DNA of 64,000 nt, taken from the IMG/VR virus record IMGVR_UViG_3300046168_000051; one strand, 5' to 3'. The notes below the pieces were generated by a model. The model was not told the origin of the DNA and made no database searches. It saw only the letters and a program-made list of their open reading frames with translations. The position numbers and the translations under genes were made by a program. The number at the start of each line of letters is the position of its first letter. The stretch's first letter is position 1. Positions 1 through 10,567 of the stretch are shown in pieces. The DNA comes from an uncultured virus (IMG/VR IMGVR_UViG_3300046168_000051). Lineage: Duplodnaviria > Heunggongvirae > Uroviricota > Caudoviricetes.

Positions 1-1
1 T

Positions 2-619
2 GGTGTCGGCACTACTGTTGGTCTTGGTATTGGCGCCGGGGTAACGGGCCTAGTTGGAGGAACCATTTTAGGTGCTACCGCCGCTTCAGAATTAACACAA
101 ACTGGTATACAAAGCGCAGTCAATACCGGCCAAATTGCTAGAGAGGCCATGAACCAAAGTACTCGTACAGTGCTAGAGGGTATGCGCACCGCCGGAGTAC
201 TTACCCGTGAAAAACTAAGAGAAATGGCAAATGACGCTATCACTTCCGCAGACGAATTGGTCGCTCAATTCAAGGCGGACGCAAGAGCGTTCAAAGATTC
301 ACTTAAGGCAGGCGTCATTGGAAACGCCGTGGCTGCTAACGAGTGGAAGAAGCGAAGAATTATTGGTACAAAGGCAAAGACAGCCAAAGCACTAGCACGA
401 TATGAAGAAGGTACGACATTCGGAGCACTAGAGGCCGGAGCTGTCGCCTTTGCTACTGCTTACACTGCCATTGACTATGCGCGTTTCCGAAGTCAAACAC
501 GAAAGTCAGTTGAGCGGGGCTCGGCTGAAATTAGAAATCAACTTAAGGAAGTCGGGAACATGCTAAAGCTCCTTGAACAATTCCAAGAGACACTGTGGGA
601 GTCGAAGGCACCGCTCTAG
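2..619 (+). CDS. 5'-partial protein with glycine-zipper/hydrophobic segment, function unknown
   Basis: The frame of ORF 149..619 is open back to the window edge (GVGTTVGLGIGAGVTGLVGGTILGATAA...), so the true start lies outside the window. Confidence 0.7.
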   Translation, partial: GVGTTVGLGIGAGVTGLVGGTILGATAASELTQTGIQSAVNTGQIAREAMNQSTRTVLEGMRTAGVLTREKLREMANDAITSADELVAQFKADARAFKDSLKAGVIGNAVAANEWKKRRIIGTKAKTAKALARYEEGTTFGALEAGAVAFATAYTAIDYARFRSQTRKSVERGSAEIRNQLKEVGNMLKLLEQFQETLWESKAPL

Positions 620-1104
620 CCGACGCTCTCACTGCACAACTAGACGAGCTGCTTTACTTCTCCAACGCACAGCTATTCAAGATGGGTCAACTGCAAGCAG
701 ACCTGCCGAATAGCTTTGTGGATGATTTGGCTAACGGGATGCATGCACTCGGTAAGGGGGCAGAAGCAGTGGCCGGGAAGTTGGTTGAGTTAGTCAAGAC
801 AGGTTCAGCATATAGCAAAGCCTTTGCGGGCGAGGTTGCAGCTGGTTCACTAGCAGTAGCCACACTAGCTGTTGAAGATGTTCTCGTGCCTGCTGTAAAG
901 ACCGGGGCAAGCTTAACAGCTAGAGGAGGTCTAGCCGCCCTCTCCTTCGGTGCATCTGAAATCATACCAGCTATGGACCGAGCAGAAGAAGCAAACCGAT
1001 TACAAATGATTGGTGAGGCGATGAAGAAAGAAACCATGGGTAAGCCTTTATCACCGCTTGAACAACAAGCCTTAGACGGGTATCGAAGGAGGCAGGGGCA
1101 ATGA
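595..1104 (+). CDS. Hypothetical Ala/Gly-rich helical protein (possibly a frameshifted continuation of the upstream ORF)
   Basis: 169 aa ORF with GTG start; overlaps the upstream stop; ATGA overlap with the next gene. Confidence 0.6.
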   Translation: MGVEGTALADALTAQLDELLYFSNAQLFKMGQLQADLPNSFVDDLANGMHALGKGAEAVAGKLVELVKTGSAYSKAFAGEVAAGSLAVATLAVEDVLVPAVKTGASLTARGGLAALSFGASEIIPAMDRAEEANRLQMIGEAMKKETMGKPLSPLEQQALDGYRRRQGQ

Positions 1105-2954
1105 CTGAATGTCCTCACTGTAACAGCCACAACCCACCACAAGCAGTGACTTGCAGGGTATGTAACCTCAATGTCCCCCGTACTAACGCTCCCTCTCTTC
1201 TCCACACTACCAACCGCCCTAAGATGGCAGTCTTCGACCTAGACAAGACGCTATTCGACCTTTCACGAAGAGAAAGGGTAGCACGACGCCAAGGATTGAA
1301 AGAAGGAAGTGACAAGTGGTACGAGTTCCTAAACCAAAACAAGTACATCCTAATGGACACTCCAATTGCCGGAACTGTTAGCTTCGTCAAACAATTATCA
1401 GATAGTGGATTTACTATTGCCTATCTTTCAGGCCGCCCTCGCCATTCTTTAGCTGCTACTAAGCAATCTCTTCAAGAAAGTGGGTTCCCAATTGACGCTG
1501 CCGAGCAAGACTTGGTTTTCTTGCACAGTGGAAAAGGAAGCATCAAAAATATCACAAACCACAAACTAAGTGTTTTGACACATCTCAAAAACTCCTTCGA
1601 CATAGATTTCTTTTTTGATGACACTCCAGAATTCCGTCAAGCGGCTAAGTCATTGTTCATTCCTGGCGTTTATTCGTCGGTCGCGTCGTATACCGGAAAA
1701 GAAGAACGCGCTTCCGCCTCGAAGAAGACCAAATCGAAAAGGCCACGAAAAAACCCAACGCTCAATCCACCCCCAATGCCTCGCAAGAAGCGTGACAAAG
1801 GGGGCAATATGCGCAAGGAACCTATCAAGAAGTACACTGAGCGCTTCATGGGCGATAAGAAAATGAACGAAGAGTTCCCCGACAGGTCTCAACGCTTTGC
1901 AGTAGCTCTTTCCTATGCTCGTAAGTTTTACAGCGATGCAGCAGTGGACAAGGCCTACCCACCAAAGTCAAACCCTATTGGCCCATTCAAGAAAAAGGAG
2001 AAGCCATCTGCAGCGGTTCTCCAAGGAGTGAGTCTCTATCGTGAGCTGTGGGAATCAGAAGAGAAACAACGCAAAGAGGACGCTGAATATGATGGCGAGA
2101 AGTTCACACCCCGCACACTCACAGCATCAAGTTGGGACGATGACTATTCAGATATTGTCGGTAATGTTATTGCCCCACAGTCAATAAATGTAGACTGGTC
2201 GTATATGGAAGAACTATTCCCGCTGGCGAAATACCTTGAAGGAACATTAAGCATAAACTACTACGACATTCACAATATCAAACTCAAAGACTTCGACACA
2301 CTAAAAGAAGCCGTGGACTCAAAGGGTGATTACGACAATATCGATGAAGGATTCTCTAGAGGAGTGCCAAGCGACCAAGTCAACTACATGGTTATTTTCA
2401 CCAAGCGCAACTTGAAGAGGTTCCAAAAGTTGTTGGATGACCCACAAAGAATCCCACCAAAGCCCAAGCCAGTAAAGCCAACACCTGCAACTGGAAAGAA
2501 AATCGTTGCATGGTATAACGCATTCATTAAAGCGTTAGAGGAGTATGAATGGGACGATGAGTCAGAAATCACATATGTTATTCCAGGATTTATGAACTTT
2601 GACAAGTACATGAATAGCGGAGACCCCACAATCCTCAGACCATACGACTTCAACGCAATGAAGGGAATGTTCGCAGTCTTGAAGCAAGTAGGGTATGAGC
2701 CATACCGACAAGACGATGGGGAGGCCATCACATGGAAAGACTTCCTAAAGCAAGGAAGTCCTCGTGGCGAGCAATGGTTCTGGAATATGCGCAACGGAAG
2801 TTATCTGCTAGTGGACGAAGCAGGCTATGAGAAATTAACCGGCTACTTGCAGTATCTTGCCGATGAAGGCAAAATAAATGGTCGCATAGCCCACTACACC
2901 TACCAAGACGGAACAAGTGCCGGATGGCGATTCCAGTTCGTTTTAGCAAAGTAA
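1101..2954 (+). CDS. Multidomain protein: zinc ribbon + HAD-family (polynucleotide 3'-phosphatase-like) domain + NP-delimited unknown domains
   Basis: CPHC...CRVC; HAD motifs VFDLDKTL, YLSGRP, K, FFDD; then RKNPTLNPPP and KSNP linkers. Confidence 0.8.
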   Translation: MTECPHCNSHNPPQAVTCRVCNLNVPRTNAPSLLHTTNRPKMAVFDLDKTLFDLSRRERVARRQGLKEGSDKWYEFLNQNKYILMDTPIAGTVSFVKQLSDSGFTIAYLSGRPRHSLAATKQSLQESGFPIDAAEQDLVFLHSGKGSIKNITNHKLSVLTHLKNSFDIDFFFDDTPEFRQAAKSLFIPGVYSSVASYTGKEERASASKKTKSKRPRKNPTLNPPPMPRKKRDKGGNMRKEPIKKYTERFMGDKKMNEEFPDRSQRFAVALSYARKFYSDAAVDKAYPPKSNPIGPFKKKEKPSAAVLQGVSLYRELWESEEKQRKEDAEYDGEKFTPRTLTASSWDDDYSDIVGNVIAPQSINVDWSYMEELFPLAKYLEGTLSINYYDIHNIKLKDFDTLKEAVDSKGDYDNIDEGFSRGVPSDQVNYMVIFTKRNLKRFQKLLDDPQRIPPKPKPVKPTPATGKKIVAWYNAFIKALEEYEWDDESEITYVIPGFMNFDKYMNSGDPTILRPYDFNAMKGMFAVLKQVGYEPYRQDDGEAITWKDFLKQGSPRGEQWFWNMRNGSYLLVDEAGYEKLTGYLQYLADEGKINGRIAHYTYQDGTSAGWRFQFVLAK

Positions 2955-3310
2955 AGGATAACCCCCGCTCCAATCCTCACACCCCTGTTCACGAAGCCAA
3001 ATCATTTTACAAGCAGTTCCACCAAAAGCCTGCTAAGAATGTAAAGAAGACTAAAGTGGACATAGGCGACACTTGGGTAGGACTAGGTAAAGCTTGGTCG
3101 ATTGGCTATCGTTCAGGTAAGGAAACTGGCAACGAGGCACAGAAGTACATTCACAACTTTGGTATCGACGAAGAGTCAGGAAAGCAGTTCAAAGAACCTG
3201 AGCTGTATTATGTCAAGAACAACGATGGTTCTCAAATGATGGTCATTATGGGTGGTGACTGGTACATCGATACCGCAGAAGACGGTTCCATGTCTTGGAT
3301 TTACATTTGA
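2924..3310 (+). CDS. Hypothetical protein with N-terminal NP motifs, probably virion-associated
   Basis: 128 aa; KDNPRSNPH at the N-terminus; overlaps the upstream ORF by 31 nt. Confidence 0.7.
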   Translation: MAIPVRFSKVKDNPRSNPHTPVHEAKSFYKQFHQKPAKNVKKTKVDIGDTWVGLGKAWSIGYRSGKETGNEAQKYIHNFGIDEESGKQFKEPELYYVKNNDGSQMMVIMGGDWYIDTAEDGSMSWIYI

Positions 3311-3319
3311 GGTGCTACA

Positions 3320-3697
3320 ATGGCAAACCGTAACAGCACCATAGACAAGCAAATAGAGAAACGCCTCGGCATTTCCATCAAGACCTGGGATAAAATCGAA
3401 CTTACATCCCTTGGACTATTGGTACTCATCACTGCAAGAGAAACAATGGATGTAGTTGGTTCGAAGGGCTTATTTGGTTTCGGAAAGAGCAAGCGCCTAC
3501 AACGATACTCACGACTAGGATTCGAACGAGATACTTGGTCCAACCTCAATGTAATCAGCAGTCTGCTAGGTGCTAGCCTATTGCTCAAAGGCGCGATAGA
3601 TGCAGTTGAAACCAAAACTACACTACTCCAATCCGCTACCGAGAAAACCTTCAGCGGGGCAAACCTTCAAGGGTTTACACGCAACCGCATAATTTGA
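3320..3697 (+). CDS. Small membrane protein (two hydrophobic segments)
   Basis: GAGGTG SD-like motif; LTSLGLLVLITA and VISSLLGASLLL. Confidence 0.7.
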   Translation: MANRNSTIDKQIEKRLGISIKTWDKIELTSLGLLVLITARETMDVVGSKGLFGFGKSKRLQRYSRLGFERDTWSNLNVISSLLGASLLLKGAIDAVETKTTLLQSATEKTFSGANLQGFTRNRII

Positions 3698-3706
3698 GGA
3701 GATAGC

Positions 3707-4192
3707 ATGACCCGGATATACACACCCGCTACTCGCGGTTACATCAATGTAACAACCGGATTGGGCCGACTCTTACTAGTAATGACCGGGGCTTACCTAG
3801 TATTCAAGCCTAAAGAAGAAGTAAAGGAGATACCAAACCCATACTCAAACTTCGCAGAAAACCTGGAAGTTACTTACTTCTCGCCACTGAATACTGTCGG
3901 GGTCGAGACTAAAGAAATAAAAGATGACGATACCATACAGGGTGCTAGAGACCAAATTCAAGTTAGCTACCGAGTTACAGGAGTGGACTTTGGTAAAGCC
4001 ACGATTAAGTACGGCAACAAGGAAGAAGTAATAGAAAGCCCGCAAGGTTTTCCAATTAGTTTCACCATCTCAAAGTCGACCGTTATTGAAGAGTTGGACG
4101 CTAATGGCTACCTACAAGTTCAAATTTCAGTAACCCCTGCGTCTGCTCAGGCGGAAGTTCGTACAGTTACTTTCCGCTATGAGGGTGCATGA
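3707..4192 (+). CDS. Membrane-anchored beta-rich protein
   Basis: GAGGAG SD; N-terminal hydrophobic helix followed by a beta-strand-like pattern. Confidence 0.7.
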   Translation: MTRIYTPATRGYINVTTGLGRLLLVMTGAYLVFKPKEEVKEIPNPYSNFAENLEVTYFSPLNTVGVETKEIKDDDTIQGARDQIQVSYRVTGVDFGKATIKYGNKEEVIESPQGFPISFTISKSTVIEELDANGYLQVQISVTPASAQAEVRTVTFRYEGA

Positions 4193-4193
4193 G

Positions 4194-7067
4194 ATGAGTT
4201 TCAAAGTAAACGCCTCCCCCTTTGGGCTAGGTAGGTCAAGCGAAGCTCAAGCATTTGCAAACCGAGCTGCAAATAACCTTCTCCCTTGGATTAGAGAACA
4301 CTATCAAATTTACACACTTAACGAAGCAAACTTCACACCCGCTGGCCTTTACAACTACCACCTTAGAGGCGACTATTATCTAGGTCTGACCAAAGATAGC
4401 GCACTTTATGGTAACATGAACTTAAACAGCGGAGCTGCACAACCACGCCTAGCACACATAGCTGAGACACCAAGAGCATTCGATGCAACTATCGACGAGT
4501 CAATCAACTTAGTAACTCCAATAGGTGACATTCCAGATTTTCCTGGCGCACAAGAATATGGGCTATTATCTCAGACAAACGATGCTGCGGAACCTCTCGC
4601 CCCAGTCCGTCCAGCCCATTTCTTTGCAAGAGAAACAGCAAGCGGGTCAACCTTAACAGAATTTTTATTCGCTGAGCAAGCAACAATGGCTTACAGATTA
4701 CTACCCTACATGGATAATTTTCACCAAGGGGTAAGAAGTTTCCTAGTGAGCGAGGCCATGCACTTTATTGAGAACATAGGAAGGCTTCGCAATAGGTCTG
4801 GCATTAATTTCAACAATACTAACAATGTCCATCATGCGTTTTGGCTCGGAGGACTTGAAGCAGCGGCCTTTTTTGAATTAGGTACTGCGCTAGACAATGT
4901 AGGGTTGACCTTACCCGGCTTCACCCCAGCAGCAGTAGGTCTGATAAACATGTCAGGAGCAATTCCCAATGTTGACTTTACATTAGTTCCTACTTTCGTT
5001 ACTCAATTTGTTGCATTAGCAGACCCCAACCCTACTTTCGTTCTCCCTATTTACTATGCTCTTACTGCTTATGAAGAATACACTCGTCTAATTCGCCCGG
5101 ACTTGCAGCTAGACATGCAGGTCACTCTTGATGGTATTTTCACCAACTTATTCATCGAGGCAGTTAGGACTTCATATCGCCTAGGTGGGCACTACACAAT
5201 AGTCGGAGGAGTTGCTAACTTAGACAATACTCGCTTCTTTACTCGTCGAGTTTACAACGGGGTAGTATGCAGCGTACAGTCTGATGACTTCAACTTCAAT
5301 ACAGTAAGAGATGGCCTTAGAGACTTCTTCAATGTGTATTTTAATCTAGTCGATTCCGCTTTCCCAGCAGGTACTATTGTTCGACTAAACACTGGGCCAA
5401 TAAACGGGGTTACTCGTAATGCATACAACCATGCACAAAGTAACCAAACAACAGTCCCGGCCTTAGGGAACGCGGCCTTCCAGCTTCACATTGATGGCGG
5501 GGACTTGTTCAGGATTACTGGACAAAATACCCCCGTCAGACAAAGTAACAGACCGAATATTTCGCGATACCAAATGGAATCTGTTGATGACCTGGGTATT
5601 CCAAGGGGCGTATCTGTTGAAAATGTTCAGGAAGTTTACAGAACCGATGCAGGGGATGTTCCAGGTATTATTCTATACCGACCAGCCAACCAAGGTACAA
5701 ACAACCAAGCTGCACATACTCCATTAAGCATAGTAGGAAGGCTTCTTCTTTCTGCGTCTTATACTGTCTTTAATGCGGGTTCATACTACACTACGCAAAG
5801 AGATATGCGTAAGCTAACCAAAGATGATGCGCCAGGTCACTACCCTCCACTCAATGAAGCTATGAGGAGTCAACCTGCTAACCCTGCTAGGCCATTCAGT
5901 CACGGAAGAAGAGCTCATCAGCTAGGCGGTGAGGGTATTCTCGATATATATGCAGAACAGCGCGCAGACTTAATCGCTGATTACCTAGCTGCTATGTACG
6001 ACAGTCTAAAGGGCAAGTACCGAGATGACTTTGTCAACTTTTACACTGGGGATTTCCATACGAATGAACTAGCGTACTATACTAATGCGGTTTCCAACTA
6101 CATCTCTAACTTCACTGCGCCCGAAGATGCAGGGAGTGATGAGGTACTGGTTGGTCCGCGACTTACTACAAGAGCACCAGCGGGCCTTCAACGAGCGACA
6201 CCCGGACCCGGAGCCGAAGCAGAATTAGTACACTTCCGTACAGCAGACCCTGAGTTAATTTACTATCGAATCGACAGCCCACTTTTGAGAGAAGTGCTTC
6301 GTCAATTGACTAGGGGGTTCTATACTTGGTATGTTACTCTAGCCGAGCAACTAGACCGTGGTGAAAGAAACTTACTAAGAGCAGGTTTACTTGAAGAAGA
6401 TGACCCAGCACAACGAGCACTTTTGGCTGTGAGCGGGAGGAGGGGAGACCCCGCTCAAGACCGCCAAAGAATTAGACCCACTAAGTTAATTTTAGAGAGT
6501 ATGTGGCCGTTGCTTACAACAAGAGCCAAAACTGCAGTAGAGTCAGGAGAAGTACCAGCACACCAAATGATGAGGAGGCTAGCAGCGGCAGTAACAGCTC
6601 ATAGAGCAAACACCTCACAAGCCATACCAGCAGTTCCAATTACTTCTTCATTCATTAACTTTGGAGAACTACTTCGCTCACCAGGGCAGTACGCACTCCC
6701 ACCAAGCCTGTCTTCAACTGATGTTGAAGCATTCTTAGCCTATCTGCAAAGCACCTACTACAATGACTATGGGTTAATTGGCTTTATTGCGGCGGAGATA
6801 GAAGATGCTCGCACCGAACTCTATACACAAGACCAACTTATTGCTCAATTTCAGAAACAGTTCCGTTCATTTAGAAATCAGAAAGCACTCAACCGATTTA
6901 CCTTCCCAGCTACCGCTACTGTGGTTTCAGTCTTTAGGAACTTGATTGCTACTGACCCTGCCGCTAGAGCGGCGGCTGCAATTACTACAACCGAAACACC
7001 ACCGCCTCCTGTGGAAACACCAGCACAATCACCACCGTTAGCCGAGCCGTTCAGGAGGCCTTTCTAA
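4194..7067 (+). CDS. Large hypothetical protein (about 957 aa), possibly virion-associated
   Basis: Long ORF; start moved to ATG 4194 after GAGGGTG; no family recognised; almost Lys-free; Pro/Thr-rich tail. Confidence 0.75.
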   Translation: MSFKVNASPFGLGRSSEAQAFANRAANNLLPWIREHYQIYTLNEANFTPAGLYNYHLRGDYYLGLTKDSALYGNMNLNSGAAQPRLAHIAETPRAFDATIDESINLVTPIGDIPDFPGAQEYGLLSQTNDAAEPLAPVRPAHFFARETASGSTLTEFLFAEQATMAYRLLPYMDNFHQGVRSFLVSEAMHFIENIGRLRNRSGINFNNTNNVHHAFWLGGLEAAAFFELGTALDNVGLTLPGFTPAAVGLINMSGAIPNVDFTLVPTFVTQFVALADPNPTFVLPIYYALTAYEEYTRLIRPDLQLDMQVTLDGIFTNLFIEAVRTSYRLGGHYTIVGGVANLDNTRFFTRRVYNGVVCSVQSDDFNFNTVRDGLRDFFNVYFNLVDSAFPAGTIVRLNTGPINGVTRNAYNHAQSNQTTVPALGNAAFQLHIDGGDLFRITGQNTPVRQSNRPNISRYQMESVDDLGIPRGVSVENVQEVYRTDAGDVPGIILYRPANQGTNNQAAHTPLSIVGRLLLSASYTVFNAGSYYTTQRDMRKLTKDDAPGHYPPLNEAMRSQPANPARPFSHGRRAHQLGGEGILDIYAEQRADLIADYLAAMYDSLKGKYRDDFVNFYTGDFHTNELAYYTNAVSNYISNFTAPEDAGSDEVLVGPRLTTRAPAGLQRATPGPGAEAELVHFRTADPELIYYRIDSPLLREVLRQLTRGFYTWYVTLAEQLDRGERNLLRAGLLEEDDPAQRALLAVSGRRGDPAQDRQRIRPTKLILESMWPLLTTRAKTAVESGEVPAHQMMRRLAAAVTAHRANTSQAIPAVPITSSFINFGELLRSPGQYALPPSLSSTDVEAFLAYLQSTYYNDYGLIGFIAAEIEDARTELYTQDQLIAQFQKQFRSFRNQKALNRFTFPATATVVSVFRNLIATDPAARAAAAITTTETPPPPVETPAQSPPLAEPFRRPF

Positions 7068-7069
7068 CC

Positions 7070-10000
7070 ATGAACCTAGGAGGCCTTCTTGCCGAGTTTG
7101 ACCGATACGCGTTAACCTCGTACCGAGCTAATATCAAGCTTAGTGTACCTGAACTAAGGGACTTTCTCAAAGAGTTCTTCACCCGCCGTACCTTCTTCAT
7201 CACTGGCATAATGTACTTTGGTGCTACAAGTGTGGAAGACGGCGAACCCAGGTTTGTCTTTAGTGAACCCGACTTCACCACTGACGACTATATCGACGCT
7301 ATCTTACCTGAGTTGATTTCAGTTTACACTAAAGCCTACGGGGCACCTAGCGACCGACCATTTTCCAACGACTGGTCACCAAAACCATTCAAGGCTGAAA
7401 CTGATGTTGAGAAGCAACAGGCGGCCATCGTCAAAGAAAGGATTCAAGAATACAACCAAAAGACCTTACCTTTCAGGCTAAGCAAGACCATGTACCATCC
7501 ACTTCATACCCGGTCATTTAGCTTTACATCCGGTAAGGTTATTCCAGGGGGTACAAAGGGAGAGGTGATTATTACTAGTAACGAACAAATAGAAGAGTTC
7601 ATCGATTCAAAGACTTACTATTCACTTGATGGTGGTAAGCATCTAGGGCTTCGAGACTTATGGTTCGAAGTTCTAAACGAGGAAGCTAGCAACCCCAAGT
7701 TCGGATGGATTGATATTGACAACCCAGCCAAGTTACCTGAAAAGGAACACAAGAGGGTAGTGTCCGAGATAAGTCAGATGCTGACTAAAACTGGGCGTAA
7801 GCACATCATCATGTTTAGTGGGCGCAACTATCAGATTTGGTATGCCCCTATGAAAGGAGAGAGATTCAATTTCGGAGCAGACCTGAGTGCCATAGCCGAA
7901 ACCTACGGTGCTAAGGCAGGGGCTATTGTGGGCAAAGACACTTACCGCGCCAAAGCAATAGCCAATGGAAAGATTTGGGTGGACACTACGGTATACAGGA
8001 AGAACCAAAAGATGGCTTTCTTCTTTGGTATGCACTACAAGAAGGGAATAGAAGACTCGACCGGCTTAGTACGAGTACCTCTCAAAAGAAGCGAACTATC
8101 CAGCTTCGACCCACTAGTTGATGCCCACCCTGAGAATGTCTTAGAGAGGTTTGCAGAATTAAAAGCACGAGTGGACATGTTCTGTCAAGAAGCAAGCTTA
8201 GGAGAGGGTTTCCCCTATATTGACGCTGGCTACCCCTGCTACCGTACTGCTCGTGGTAAAAACGACACAAAGCACGAAATGGTGAAACTTCTATCTGATT
8301 GGAAGAAACCAAAGATACACGAGATTTCAAAGAAAGTAGCAGGTGAAGAAGTTCTACAAAACGATTCGATTACTGTCATGCCTAAGCTAGATGGCTGGCT
8401 GGCTTGCATGTCTTTCAACATCATGGGTAAGTTCAAGGTAAACGGACAAAACCTAGACAAGACTCAGAAGCGAGAGGGAATGGTTGGTTCTATTCAAAGC
8501 GAACGACAACGGGCTTTGATGTGTACTAAAGGAGGTTTGTTCGGATGGGATAACTACCTAACCCATGCATTTGAAGACGCTTGCAGAAGCATAGGAGTAA
8601 CAGAAGCTATCGTTACAGGAGAAATAGTCACTTACAACGATATAGGCCAAGTAGCCGGGCGCGAAGCAGTCACTAGTATACTCAACCGCCAAGAAGAAGA
8701 TAGTGAAGAGGATGGCATATCAGCTCACGATACTCACACTTTCAGAAAGGCTAAACTGGTAATACACGATGTATTATCTTTCGACGGTACACCAGTAAGT
8801 AGGGATATTCCTATTGCTCAACGACTAGCCTTACTTGCCGAAGTCAAGAATGACAGAATCTCAGTAGTCCCACATGAAACATTCACAGAAGACATATACA
8901 CCAACTTTGAAGCCTTTTGGAATGATAATGTAGTCAAGGCTAACAACGAAGGGGTAGTAGTTTACGGCGGTGGGAAGCGTTACAAAATAAAAACCAGTTA
9001 CACTCTTGACGCCGTCATAATCGGAGTCGATACTACTGCAAAGTATTGGCAAGACCAAAAAGAAATCATAGGCAAGGTTGTCGTAGCAGTCTCCAAGAAT
9101 ACTTCCAGGGGGCCCGCGTTCGTAGCATTTCAGAGAATTGGAAATTTCAGAATGAGCGAAGACAAAAAGGCCGACCTATTCCACAAAATCTTGGGTGAAA
9201 GAAACAACGATGGCTGGGAGCGGAATAGTTTTGCGAATGTATTGCCTACCACAATAATTCCTGAAAATGAAAATATCTTTTTAGTCGACCCGAAGGTAGT
9301 AGTCGAAGTCGAATATGAGTCCCTAGGTCGCGAAACCAAGGTAGCCTATGCCTTTGTAAAGGAACAACAGAAGAAAGGGGGGATAGGCTGGAGAGAAGAA
9401 AAAACCGGTTACTCTAGGATTCGAATTCTAGAGAAGCCATTAATGAGTCGAAAACTGAAAGGGCCACCAGTTGTCATTGCAGAACGACCGGATAAAAGTG
9501 CAGACAACCCAAATGACATTTCTCACGAGCAGGCAGACGGAGCTGGTGGATTACAAATCGGCCCAAGACCAGTAAAGATAGGCGCAGAAGAGTTAGAGAA
9601 CCCATCACGGGTCAAAGTGACACATGTCAGAACGAACCCAATGTACGGTTATGCTCGCGGACCCCGCTGGATAGCAGGCGGAGGAATGTCCGAACCTTCC
9701 CCGACAGAATATTTCCGCCACGGCAAACAAAAGAAAGCAGGGCACATTGCGTTCGGAGATGCAAAGAAAACAATGGAAAAAGAATTTACCGGAGAAAAGT
9801 GGCAGGGCAAAGGTGAATGGCAACCTAACTACCAACCTATTTGGGACAAAGCAAGACAACACCCGCAGACGGGAGTTAGCTTCTATCCAGAATTAACAGG
9901 AATGTCATTCAGTTCTGCTGACGCAATTTTCGATGAGCGCGGGCCTAATATCCCAGGTGGCCGTAAGGGAATGACCGAGTCACAGTCGGGCAAGTACAGC

Positions 10001-10567
10001 TTAAAGCGATTACTAAGTGACGAATATCATCATGGTGGTGAGCAGTCAATCGAAGATGCTAAGCAATTAGGACGGGCTCTAGGCAAGGAACTAAGCAGTA
10101 CAGCAAAAACTTCAGAAGATAGCAGGGAGACCATTGCACAACTAGTCAACAAAGATATCACAGAAGAAGATAAGCAGAAAGAAATCAATAGAAAGATGGG
10201 TAACAAAAACTTCAGAAAGAGCAACAAGTTTTCTGATTTAGAGCGAGGCATACGCAATAATCCAGCATCTGCCAACTCCATGTGGAATCGTCGAACTAGG
10301 GAGTACCGCAATGCCTACAATGAGTGGGAAAAGGAGCCGGAGCCAAAACCAAGTTGGAAGGCGATGGCGATTAAGCGGTACGAAGCATGGGAACTACCAC
10401 TGTTAGAGAAAGGTCGCCAATTCATGGATGCCGAAGACAATTTCATTTATACGCAGGCCGAAGAAGCCATTATCCATGGCCGCTTCCCCTCAACTAGCGG
10501 CGAAGAGGAAGACCACATTTTTGCGGTCATAACCCTGGGAGATGATGACGATGAGTTCGAGAGTTGA
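7070..10567 (+). CDS. AEP primase-polymerase-like domain fused to ATP-dependent DNA ligase (LigD-like architecture), with NP-delimited C-terminal extensions
   Basis: AEP-like WIDID and MFSGRNYQIW; ligase motifs KLDG, GEIV, HDVL, EGVVV, YKIK, OB-fold DAVIIG and VVEVEY; then ENP, RTNP, RNNP. Confidence 0.8.
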   Translation: MNLGGLLAEFDRYALTSYRANIKLSVPELRDFLKEFFTRRTFFITGIMYFGATSVEDGEPRFVFSEPDFTTDDYIDAILPELISVYTKAYGAPSDRPFSNDWSPKPFKAETDVEKQQAAIVKERIQEYNQKTLPFRLSKTMYHPLHTRSFSFTSGKVIPGGTKGEVIITSNEQIEEFIDSKTYYSLDGGKHLGLRDLWFEVLNEEASNPKFGWIDIDNPAKLPEKEHKRVVSEISQMLTKTGRKHIIMFSGRNYQIWYAPMKGERFNFGADLSAIAETYGAKAGAIVGKDTYRAKAIANGKIWVDTTVYRKNQKMAFFFGMHYKKGIEDSTGLVRVPLKRSELSSFDPLVDAHPENVLERFAELKARVDMFCQEASLGEGFPYIDAGYPCYRTARGKNDTKHEMVKLLSDWKKPKIHEISKKVAGEEVLQNDSITVMPKLDGWLACMSFNIMGKFKVNGQNLDKTQKREGMVGSIQSERQRALMCTKGGLFGWDNYLTHAFEDACRSIGVTEAIVTGEIVTYNDIGQVAGREAVTSILNRQEEDSEEDGISAHDTHTFRKAKLVIHDVLSFDGTPVSRDIPIAQRLALLAEVKNDRISVVPHETFTEDIYTNFEAFWNDNVVKANNEGVVVYGGGKRYKIKTSYTLDAVIIGVDTTAKYWQDQKEIIGKVVVAVSKNTSRGPAFVAFQRIGNFRMSEDKKADLFHKILGERNNDGWERNSFANVLPTTIIPENENIFLVDPKVVVEVEYESLGRETKVAYAFVKEQQKKGGIGWREEKTGYSRIRILEKPLMSRKLKGPPVVIAERPDKSADNPNDISHEQADGAGGLQIGPRPVKIGAEELENPSRVKVTHVRTNPMYGYARGPRWIAGGGMSEPSPTEYFRHGKQKKAGHIAFGDAKKTMEKEFTGEKWQGKGEWQPNYQPIWDKARQHPQTGVSFYPELTGMSFSSADAIFDERGPNIPGGRKGMTESQSGKYSLKRLLSDEYHHGGEQSIEDAKQLGRALGKELSSTAKTSEDSRETIAQLVNKDITEEDKQKEINRKMGNKNFRKSNKFSDLERGIRNNPASANSMWNRRTREYRNAYNEWEKEPEPKPSWKAMAIKRYEAWELPLLEKGRQFMDAEDNFIYTQAEEAIIHGRFPSTSGEEEDHIFAVITLGDDDDEFES

